From: Vitrella brassicaformis CCMP3155
Taxonomy: Eukaryota; Protista; Chromerida
Assembly (NCBI GenBank): GCA_001179505.1
Contig: CDMY01000770.1
Location: 203,467-267,466 of the forward strand
Length of the DNA: 64,000 nt
Direction of reading: 5' to 3'
A program made the position numbers and the translations under genes. The notes below the pieces were generated by a model. That model worked only from the letters and a program-made list of their open reading frames with translations, was not told the DNA's origin and ran no database searches. Shown here in pieces: positions 1 through 10,683 of the stretch (the stretch's first letter is position 1; every line of letters begins with the position of its first letter).

Positions 1-1817
1 GAGAGTGGAGATGACACAGATGATGCCGGCGATGGTGGGAGGGGACACTGCACGATATGGCTCGCATTCACGTCCAACATGATCTCGTCCGGTAGGCATG
101 CACACACACACAAGTGTGCAAGGCAAGACACAATGAAGCACCCACTGACTGGTTTGCGTGTTTCTGTCAGGTTTGCGTGAGGTATTTGTGTTTCTGGCTA
201 AGCACCGGCTGATTGACGTGATCGTCACATCAGCTGGTGGAGTGGAGGAGGACTTCATCAAGTGCATGGCACCCACATTCATCGGTCACAAAGACATATG
301 ACGACCACACTCACCAAGCCAGCACATGATTGTCTCTGTCTGTCTGTCTGTCTGTCTGTCCATACACAGGCGATTTCACATGGCGTGGGAGGGAGCTGCG
401 TGACAAGGGATGGAACCGCATCGGCAACTTGGTGGTGCCCAACGACAACTACTGTCGGTTTGAGGAGTGGCTGCAGCCGATTCTCGACGCCATGCTCGAC
501 GAACAGAGGACACACGGCACCATCTGGACTCCATCCAAGGTGCGAACACATGAGTGAGAGCGGCTGGACCAGCAGTCCTGCCCACGTGTGTATTTGTGTT
601 GGCAGATGATAGATCGTCTTGGGAAGGAGATTGGCCATGAGGAGTCCCTCTACTACTGGTGCCACAAGAACCACATACCCGTAAGCAAGCAGCTGGTGGA
701 AGCCGTTCCGTCGACCTGCGCACGTGTGCGTCTGTCTTGTCTTTGTGGCAGGTGTACTGTCCTGGCCTCACTGACGGCTCCCTGGGCGACAACCTCTACT
801 TCCACTCATACCGCAGCCCCGTAAGCCCACCCACCCACCCACACACTCACTCAGTCAAGAGAACGACAGCTTTGCTCCACACGTTTGTTTGCTCTTTGCG
901 ATTGTGCGGCGGGTGCGTGCAGGGTTTGTTGCTGGACGTGATAGGCGACATCCGTGCCACTAACGACCGTGCGATCAAGTGCCGTCGGTCTGGCATGATC
1001 ATACTGGGCGGGGGGCTGTCCAAGCACCACACGTGCAACGCCAACCTCATGCGCAACGGCGCCGACTACGCCGTCTACATCAACACTGGTACGCCACCAG
1101 GGGGGGGGGGGGGGGGGGATGANNNNNNNNNNNNNNNNNNNNNNNNNNNNNNNNNNNNNNNNNNNNNNNNNNNNNNNNNNNNNNNNNNNNNNNNNNNNNN
1201 NNNNNNNNNNNNNNNNNNNNNNNNNNNNNNNNNNNNNNNNNNNNNNNNNNNNNNNNNNNNNNNNNNNNNNNNNNNNNNNNNNNNNNNNNNNNNNNNNNNN
1301 NNNNNNNNNNNNNNNNNNNNNNNNNNNNNNNNNNNNNNNNNNNNNNNNNNNNNNNNNNNNNNNNNNNNNNNNNNNNNNNNNNNNNNNNNNNNNNNNNNNN
1401 NNNNNNNNNNNNNNNNNNNNNNGGGTGGATGATGGACGGATGGCATCTGCACGTCTGTGCGTATCGTCATTGCAGCCCAGGAGTATGACGGCTGTGACTC
1501 TGGCGCCAGGCCGGACGAGGCCGTCTCCTGGGGCAAGATCAAAAGCGAAGCCAAACCTGTCAAGGTCAGGACATAAATGCATTGCTTGCACCCACCAGCG
1601 TCGACGCGGGGAGTTTGTCTGATGCGCGTGTGCACGTTTGCATCTGTATCAGGTTCATGGCGATGCGACTGTGCTGTTTCCCCTGATTGTGGCGGCCACC
1701 TTTGCCAAGCACCCCCATGCCAACAAGACGGCCGCGGACAAAGGGGAGGATGCGGAAAGCAGCAGAGAGCACAACCACCACCACAACGTGCCACTGCACG
1801 CTGTGACGGGGTGCTGA
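1..1817 (+). CDS. DHPS: Deoxyhypusine synthase, multi-exon, 5' end outside the window; one intron spans the N gap at 1123-1422
   Basis: Spliced exons read [15 protein letters not shown] / [31 protein letters not shown] / [20 protein letters not shown] / [13 protein letters not shown] / [27 protein letters not shown] / [22 protein letters not shown] / [17 protein letters not shown], which are hallmark DHS motifs including the catalytic Lys in KHH. GT-AG junctions are in frame; stop TGA at 1815-1817. Confidence 0.96.
1123..1422. other. Assembly gap (300 N); similar gaps at 36345-36644, 47247-47546 and 61033-61332
   Basis: Runs of N of identical length, each bordered on at least one side by a G or C run. 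Confidence 0.99.
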
Positions 1818-1914
1818 CGGGCGTGTGTGCTTGATGCTACGTGTGGGGCTGGGCCTTTTCTGTCTGTGAATCGATGTTCTGATGTGGGGGAGTGCGTGCG
1901 TCGGCTTTATCGAC

Positions 1915-2006
1915 TTGATGGTGTGGACTGGTGTGTAATTATCGCTTGTGGAGTGGGAAACCGGGACGTCATGACTTCACGCATGCAGACATTCATTGAC
2001 CAATCA
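1915..2006. repeat. 92-bp direct repeat, copy 1
   Basis: ttgatggtgtggactgg...cattgaccaatca matches 3790-3881 at 90 of 92 positions by manual alignment. Confidence 0.95.
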
Positions 2007-2163
2007 ATGCACTCGTGCACAGTCAGCAGCTGGTGAATATGAAGGCATGTGTCAAGAGGCAAAACGGTGACATCCATTCCATTCCATTCCATGTAAGTGA
2101 ATGCGATCAGCCACTTCACCACACACACAAACACCCACAAACATCTGTCTTCTCCCTCGCCCC

Positions 2164-3288
2164 TCATCTCAGCGCCATCCCACTGTTGATGACACCGTCC
2201 GCCAGCTCGAAGTGGCTCAGCACGGCACGCCAGCGGGGCATCGACTCCGGGAACCGGTCGGCCAGCGGCTGAAACAAATTGCCATTCTCAGGTCGCTCGG
2301 TCGTCAACAGACTGATGTTGCGCCCACTCACCCAGAGATGGGCAGCGACGGTCTCGTTGGGCCGGAAGCCGCTCACAATCACGTCACGACGGTATGCTGG
2401 GTTGGCGTGATGCAGATTGCCGTCGTCCAAGCGGTAGTCGACAGCGATTCCCCCCTGCTGCTCGGTCATGGGCTCAGTCAGCAGACGGAGATAGCGGTCG
2501 TTATTGTGGCTGATGGCTTCACATAGCACCCTCCTGTCGTACCCCCCCTCCTCACGGCACCACCGCTCGAGCAGCGTGCGCAGGAGGAACGACGAGAAGA
2601 AGGGGAAAAGCAAGTGGTCCGATCGGATGACCGGATCGCTCCGCTTGTAGCAGCTGCGATAGTCATGGTCGTCTGGCAGCTCACCCAACGGCACCACACG
2701 GAACGACTCATTGCCGATCCGATACGCCCCGTCGATGCCTTGCTGCAGCGCCAGGTTGGTCCCCTGGTGTGTGAGGCTGTGGCCGATGGTCTTGTAGAGG
2801 GCCATGATGAGCGGCAGCTGGTGGAAGGCTGTTGGGGAGGGCAGCGCATTAGCCGACAGCCGCAGCGGCAGAGTGGCATTGGGTGTGAGCCGATGAATGG
2901 CGGCCAGCCGAATGAACCTCCCCATCGCTCGCCACTCGCCGCCACTGCCCTGCTCCAGCACATGCAACACCTTCAAGCCGTTCCGCAGAGCTCGACGCTT
3001 GGCTCGACGGCTTGCGCACTGAAACACGTCGAAAACCAGCACGTCCTCGAGCTCCAGACGACGGATGACCACCTCTATGCGCTGCTTGACGAGTGTGAGC
3101 ATCTCGTCCACTATGGCGCGATTGCTGTCGTCGATCTGTGCACGGAGCTTGTTTCGTCTGGCGGGGTCGGGTGACATGGCCATGTCTGCCGCCTTGGTGA
3201 TGGCAAGGTCGCGCAGAGAGGGGACTGCCGGAGGGGCGGCGGGGGGCTGGGGAGTGGTGGGACGCATCTGATGCGATGACGACGCCAT
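2164..3288 (-). CDS. Intronless 374-aa hypothetical protein, probably a lineage-specific family
   Basis: Long uninterrupted ORF with globular-protein composition in an otherwise intron-dense genome; no motif I recognise. Confidence 0.75.
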   Translation of the reverse strand: MASSSHQMRPTTPQPPAAPPAVPSLRDLAITKAADMAMSPDPARRNKLRAQIDDSNRAIVDEMLTLVKQRIEVVIRRLELEDVLVFDVFQCASRRAKRRALRNGLKVLHVLEQGSGGEWRAMGRFIRLAAIHRLTPNATLPLRLSANALPSPTAFHQLPLIMALYKTIGHSLTHQGTNLALQQGIDGAYRIGNESFRVVPLGELPDDHDYRSCYKRSDPVIRSDHLLFPFFSSFLLRTLLERWCREEGGYDRRVLCEAISHNNDRYLRLLTEPMTEQQGGIAVDYRLDDGNLHHANPAYRRDVIVSGFRPNETVAAHLWVSGRNISLLTTERPENGNLFQPLADRFPESMPRWRAVLSHFELADGVINSGMALR

Positions 3289-3789
3289 CGGTGAGTGAGA
3301 GATCTGAATGAATCAAAAGTGGAAGGACACACAAACGAGTGAATGGCAATCAGTCAGACGAGAGCCATGGGAGGGCGGGATGCTCTGCTCACCTGAGACA
3401 GGCACTGTGACAGCAAAGAGGCGGGGGGAGCGAGCCGTGGTGAATGAATGACTCTGCAGACAGACAGCACAGGCGTCCTGCAGCACCCGCCAGACTGATT
3501 GACACGCCGCTTTGCCTCACCGATGTCAGTCGATGCGATGACGAGTGAGCCACCGACCGCCGCCAATCGATGGCCACCAGCACCTCAGAGTGATGCCCTC
3601 GCCGATGAGCGACGCAGCTCTGCTCAGACACACCAGCAGCAGCTGTGTGAAGCATTGTCAGTCGTCCTTTGTTTCTCTCGCTGCCCTCTCACCTTCGATG
3701 AGCGAACAAAAGCCTTCAAAATCTCACTCGACGAGAAGAGCTCGCTGTCGAATCAGTTCAACTGCCGCCGCCGTCAACCTCGAGAATGA

Positions 3790-3881
3790 TTGATGGTGTG
3801 GACTGGTGTGTAATTATCGCTTGTGGAGTGGGAAACCGGGATGTCATGACTTCACGCATGCAGACATTCATTGACCGATCA
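3790..3881. repeat. 92-bp direct repeat, copy 2
   Basis: Matches 1915-2006 with two transition differences. Confidence 0.95.
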
Positions 3882-6800
3882 GTGTACGCATAACCTCACA
3901 ATGTGTTGTGTCCGTCACACGCAACCCATGCCACACACACACACACACACACACACATGCAGCCAGGCAGCCAGTCAGGCGGTCTCGCTAAGCACTAGCA
4001 GCACCACACACAGGAAGTGAAAACCGTCATCCGTCCATCGACATCTGCACGCACGTGTGTAGGTAGCCGTCCCGTCAGTCAGCCTCAAGGGCGGGTGCAC
4101 TCATCCATCACATCGGCCATGAGCACGGAGGAAAGATCGAAGGGGTGACATTCTGACGACAAATATGCAGCAGCACCAGGCAACAACAGCACCAGGAGCA
4201 AGTGTCTCGACGTGCACGCAGACCAACGCCAGCAGCCAAGAGGAACGGGCAAGCAAAAAGTCGACCCGAGTAGCCGACACCAATGAATGAATGAGTGTGA
4301 CAAGGGAAAAGCTCTTTCTTATCCTCACGAGTGTGCCCTCCGTGAGTGGTGTGTCGTGCCCCAGCACTCGACGAACACTCCTGAATCAGAGGGGCCGTCG
4401 AATGCAGACAGTCAACACACCACACACAGGTCCGTGTCTGTCTGTCTGTCTGTTGTGTTGCGTTGTGTCCGAATTAGCACCTCTAGACAAGGGCCAGCTA
4501 CCAAGGACACCTCCCCTCCCTCTACCTCTCCCTCAGGCAGGCAGTCCAAAACAGTCGGCGGTCAAAAATGCTCCATCGAACACTCAAACGATGCCCTGCC
4601 CTGCCCGCCCTGCCGTCCATCCGGCCCCTCTTGATTGCAAGTAACGTAAACAAACACAACACTACACAGAACACAACACAACACCAAACCACAACACGCA
4701 CCTCCTTCCTCTGGGATCTCATCCACACATAGACACTCACTCACTCCATGGTCCATCCATCCGTCCGTCCGTCTATCGCTTTGCGTCAGGTCATTCACTC
4801 ATCCGATGAAAAAACCTCAACCGATATATCAAACCGCCGTTCGTCCATGTCCCTCTCTCCGTCCGAAGACACACGTGTTGCAGATGCACGAGCCACTCAG
4901 TCAGTCTGCAATGGTCGATCAGGCAGGCAGGCAGGCAGGCAGGCAGGGGAGAGAAACAACACACCAGATGAAGTGAGGCAGCCAAAACTACGATGGGTGG
5001 TGTGGAGTCTCAAGTAGGTATCAACGAGATCGAGATGCATTCAGCAGGCAGGCAGGGAGCCACAATGAGCGAGCAAGTCATTAGGTGGGCATGATAGCAT
5101 TAATGAAGGCAAGAAGCAAGCAGGGAGGAGCGAGCGAGGGACATCGGCAGACAGGGACGTAGGTGTGCTCAAGTGTCGCTCGAACAGACAGGACGGCTAC
5201 GTGACGACAGTCAGCAAAAGATGTGTGCACTCACACCCGCCCACCCACGCGCACATGTCCGTCAGCACACACAGGCAGGGAAAAACGGCAAAACCACCAC
5301 ACACACACACACACGCACCCACACAGATGCAAACTGTCGACACCGCCTCTCCTCTCCTCTCTATGCAGCCGACCAGCGATCCGCAGACAGACAGACAGAC
5401 AGACAGACAGAAAGTCAATTCAGCCAATCTCCCAGGCAGTGTGGCAGCCACGCACTCATTCGTGCACACCCACACAGCGTGCCAGCCACAGCTGCCAGCA
5501 ACCAATCTGTCGGTCGGTCGGTCAGTCAACAAACATACCTACCTACACTGCAAACACACGCACACAAGTACGTCCACACACACACACGTCGTCAGGCAAC
5601 ACGCAGTTTTTTGCTGTTTTTGGTCTTTTGTTGTTTTTGGCATCACCGGCCGGCTATTTAAATACCAACACCTCCCCTCTCCTCTCCTCTCCTCTCTCAG
5701 TGAGTCAGTTAGTTAGTCCCCTACACACACAGCCACCTGGCCCTTAGTGCACGGAAAAAGGGGCCGCCTCGCTCCATCCATCCGGCCAGCCATCCGAATT
5801 CTCGACAATGACCGTGCGCGTGTATCTATCTCCTCTTCCTCTCCTCTCTGGTCAGCCAGTAAGTGCCTGTCGGTGACAGAAAATAGCAAGCCAGTTAGTT
5901 GGTTGTTCAAGGCAGACGCAGTACGCAGGTAGCTAAAGGCAGGCAGGGAGGCAGGGAGGTAGGCAGGCGCAAAAAGTCCGTCGCCCTGTGTGTGTGTGTG
6001 CGTTTCTTGTTGTTACGGTACGGTCGGCAGCTCCCATCATTGCTATACCTTCCACTCGGTACGTATCCCTCTCTGTCCCTCTCTGCTTGCCCGACACCAC
6101 ACACATGCACATGCACATGCACCCGGCACCGTCATTAAAAAAGCAAACGACACAGCACATTCACTGGCCCCCATTTCCCGTTAGATAGACAGACATACAC
6201 ACAGGGAGAGACGTACGTGACATACGGCAGCAGGCGAGGAGAGACGAGACAGCCGAAGATGCTGTGCTGCGCTGTCCCCTGGTTGTATGCGCATGCAATG
6301 CACTCAACAACCACACAACCACCACACCACACGACACAGACATGCACCGTACGTATCGCATCGCATCATGTTGTCTCTTTCTTTCTCTCTTTGTTCTCTT
6401 CTCTTCTTGAAAGTCAGCCTGTTGAAAGCTTCCCTTCCACCATCGCTCGCTCGCAGTTAGTCGGTCAGTCAGCATTAAATACCGCGCCACAGATAGACAG
6501 ATACGTACTCAGACAGACAGACACACAGACACAGACAGACAGACAGACAGACGTACGAACACAGGGAGAGAGACACACCCGGACGCACCGCATCGGGGGG
6601 GAGGATAGCACAGCACAGCACAGTACAGCAGTGGCCACTGCACTGCGCCAGTCCGCCTGTCCATCCCTCCATCGATCTGTGCGTGCGTGTGTGTGCTCCC
6701 TCTCTCCTCTCGCCATTGTAAACTACAAATAGACACACGCAGGCAGCCACGCAGCCAGCCAGACATCCCTCTCTCTCTCTCTCTCTCTCATGGTGTGCTG

Positions 6801-8375
6801 TTTGTGTGTCTTTTGTTCTGGAGCACAGCACGGAAGATAGAGTGCTTCACAGAGACAGACAGACAGCCACACAGCAACCACACACACACACACACCCCAA
6901 ACATCACAACACGCAACGCAACGCAACGCACCACGCTCGACGTTCGACGACGAGTCAGCAAACTCTCTCATATTCGCCCGACCCTCCTCTACCTGTGTGT
7001 GTGTGTCATGTGTTGGGAAGATGACTCCTTCACTGACTGTACACTCACTCACTGCAATGATGAAACAAAACAAAACAACACTCACTGCACGCCCCGCCCG
7101 CCCGTTGCCCCTTTCTGCCTGCCCTTCCCCCAATGTGGTGTGTGTCTGCGTGTGATGTGCTCCCTCATCTGAGCAAAGACTAATCTACAAACATACATAA
7201 GAGACAGGCAGACAGACAGACAGGCAGATAGACAGCCAGTCGCTACGCATTGTCGGCAGCCAGCCAGCCAGCCATAAAATTACCAGCTAGTCAGTCAGTC
7301 AGTCAGTTAGCGGCGATCGACTCGTTCGGCTTTCCATCCATTCCCTCACTCCCAAACAGAAAGACAGAAAGGAATTCAATCAAAGTGTCTCTGTGTCCGT
7401 CCGGATGCTCACGCATAGCATGCAACACACACACAGCATGGCATCTTATGCCCTCCCCAAGTCAGCATGGCATGCAACACACACACACACACACCCACAC
7501 ACACGAGCACAAGGAAACAAACATGCCAATGATCACGTCACAACAGGCCCCCTGCCCTTCGCCCCCCTAGCAATGAAAGTCAACACAAGAGCACCATGCA
7601 CCATACTGTACTTCTGTACGGTACGTATGCATGTGTCTGTGTCAGGGTGTGGGGTGGTGCATTGGGTTGAAAGGAAGGCCATTGCGAGAAAAACGAGCCC
7701 ATGCTTCATGAAATCCTTTCGTTATCAAGATCAACAAACAAAAGAAGCCACAGAAGGAAAAAAGAAACGATCGGTGTCTCCCTCTCCCCTTTCGTCCAGT
7801 GCTTACGGGCCGCCTGAGGCGCCCTGCCTGCCTGCTTGCTGCGCCGCTACCAACACCCGCCCGCCCGCCCGCCCGACAGACACACAAACCATTCACTGAC
7901 TCACTAATAACGATAGATGGATGGAATGGATGCACATATATGCGACAGCCCCCTCCCTCTTTCTGTCTTTCAAGCCCTTCGCTCCCCCGCTGGTGGGTTG
8001 GAAAAAGAAGGCACCACGTGTCGACCGTACGTGGCAGCGGGGCCCCCCCACACACACAGTCACGACACACGATCAGTGAGTGAGTGAGTATCAGAACACA
8101 CCACGCAGCACCACGACATTGTTTGCCCTCTCTCTCCACTCCGCCCTTAGTCAGTCCCTCGCTCAACCAGAGTCATTGAATTACTCTCCTCTCCTCTCCT
8201 CCCCGCTCCCTTCCCCTCCTCTACGTACGGGCAAAAAAACAAACATACACTGGCCTGGCGGTATGGATGGGCATGGTGTGGTCAGAACCAAACCAACAAA
8301 CACTCAATCAATCAGTCAGTAGGTGGGTCAGGTCGGGTCGGTGGGTCGACCCCTCCCCCCTCTAAACCACCCCCA

Positions 8376-10003
8376 TCAGCTCTCGGTGCCGCCCTGCTGC
8401 TGCTGCTCCTGCTCCTGCTGGAAGAGCTCCAGGGCCTGTGAGTTGTCCATGCTGTCGGTCGCGGTCTCGGGGCGGCCATTGTCGGTGCCACTGCCCTCTG
8501 CGGCCGACTGGAGAGCGTAGGAGGTGAGGGGAGGTGACGAAGAATCGAAATACGCCAGGTGGTGCTGCTGCTGCTCACTCTGGGGCGGGTAGAACATCTC
8601 GTTCGCCACACCAGCCGCCGCCGTGGTGTCGTGAGTGTGGGTGTCGGTGGATGGGGCGGGTGGGAGGTCCTCTGGCGGCGGTGGGAGGCCCATCATGCCC
8701 TCCACGCCCGGCACGCCGACGCCCATGGCCATGCCCCCCTCACCGAACCCCATCATGTGCATGGCGGCCGACTCATCGCCGCCCCACACGTCCACACCCA
8801 CACCCACACCCACGCCCACACCCCCCTGCCCCATGGCCATACCCATACCGCCCATACCGACGGCCACGCCAGCCATGTCGAACTCAAACGCAGCGGCCGG
8901 CGGTGGGTTGGGCACGAAGCACCCGTCCTCGCGATAGTAGCCAGTCGACATGGCCACCATCTCTGCAGCACCATCGCCGCCGGCAGCACCAGCAGGAGCA
9001 CTGGGCACGAACGCGACGGGGTTTGATGGGTAGAACTCGTTGGAGAATGGGTTGAGTTGCGATGAGCATGGGCTGACGGTGGTGTTGGGGCCGTCCTGCT
9101 CCGATGCGGGTGGGGGGTAGGGGAAGGGGGGAGGGGGGGGCACGCCAGCCTGCATTGATTGCACACACACATGACACACACAGATTGTGAATGGATGTGT
9201 AAGGCAATCGACTGAGTGTGTTTCGTCATTACCTGTGCGTAGAAGCTGTCGGGGTCGTCGAAGGGTAGGGGTGGGGGAGGGTGAGCGGGGGCGGACGGGA
9301 CACTGGTGAGCATGGGCAGGGTGGCATCGGGGGGAGGGGAGGGGGCGTGGACACCCAGATCCACAGACAGACCACTGAGCGTGCTGTCCTGCCACGTCTG
9401 ATCAACCACGAACCAGTCACACACAGACACCGATGATGCGAGTGCCGCCATCCATGCCTTGCGATGGCTGCTCACCAGTGTGCTCCCTTCGTATGCGGTG
9501 CTACCCGAGTCGAGAGGGCTTCCACACACCGAGACACTCCCACCCTTGCCGCCCGCACCCATCCCCACCCCTTGCACACTGTCGTACGAACGCGGCGACT
9601 GCTGGTCCGCATCGCACGGAAACACCGTGGAGTCCACTGACGCACCGTCGCTGCTGACGTCATCCGGGTGGTGATGCGACCCCCCACCCGGCTGCTTCCC
9701 ACTCGCCCGCACAGACGATCCCTTGCGACGCAACTCGCTGGTGGCCGCCGCCGGTGGCTGTGTGGTCTTGTGGGTGAGCAGGGCAGGCGATGATCGGCTG
9801 CGTGTGATGGGTGGGAGGGGCTCGCCGATGTGGATGAAGGTGTTCTTGACCATCCCGCTGTCCCGCCCCGGGTACGAGTAGATGGGGAGCTCCACCCGGG
9901 TGCAGACGAGGGTCTTCTTGGGCGTGGCTCTGTTGAGCGACACGTGTCTCGCCGGCTTGATGGGCAGTTGGCTCGCCGGGATGATGACCGGCGCTCCCGC
10001 CAT
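8376..10003 (-). CDS. Low-complexity Pro/Gly/Ser-rich protein with VKNTFI and RSRSSP motifs, about 3 coding exons
   Basis: ORFs 8753-10003 and 8376-9395 are joined by GT-AG introns at about 9389-9475 and 9150-9232. The true start could lie further upstream. Confidence 0.65.
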
Positions 10004-10683
10004 CCCTGCCGCCCGCGGATGGATGGTTATCCCCGCCGCCGGGGTGTCGTGCTCACGGTTGAACGGCGCCGTCTTGATCAGCTCAGCTATGACGATGATG
10101 ACTCAGACAGAACAAGTCGTCCTTGACCAACACTCACAGGAACGATGAGCATGCGCTGAAGCGACGCGACAGGGTGGGAGGGGAGCTGTCAACGAGGGGG
10201 GGACTAGAACAGCGGACGATGTGTCGTAGGAATTCCTCCAGCGATGTCACAACCACCCCGAGCCAAATGAACGCCGGAATCAGCGCCCAGTTGACGAGGT
10301 TCTGATGGTGTGGCGATGGTCAAGCCACAGTGATCCGAGAAGCCAGGGGAGGAGGTTTCACACGTCGATCATGCGAGTTTGAAACCTGAGCTTAGCTCGC
10401 AGGGAAAGAGAGGGGGGAAAAAAGGAGAGGGAGGGCAGCCTCGCTTGCTACCTGTAGTTGTCAGAGGTAACTGAGCAGCCCTGCATCAAGATCCTCATGT
10501 TTTGGTCACCGATAAACTCGTATGTCCTTTGCAGAGCCCTCCGGCTCTTCCCCCTCTTCATCTCGTAAGTTTAGGGAGTCCCAGATCCGTGAGAGCCCGC
10601 GCAGCTGTTTGTTGTGGCGCCGTCGAGGTGAGCATGGACTGACACAAAGATCCGCATTTGGATGCATCTGTGTGTTCAGCACC

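Noticed and set aside
1100-1425. Poly-G/poly-C runs beside the N gaps as biological elements
   Set aside because: All four gaps are 300 N and abut G or C runs, consistent with sequencing dropout and scaffolding. ORFs with X runs are artefacts.
1915-3881. Autonomous LTR retrotransposon
   Set aside because: No gag/pol, PBS, clear polypurine tract or short TSD. Kept only as a direct-repeat-flanked cassette.
4000-8300. Many ORFs rich in THTH, CVCV, SVCL or DRQT
   Set aside because: They are translations of CA/GT and GACA microsatellites in non-coding DNA.
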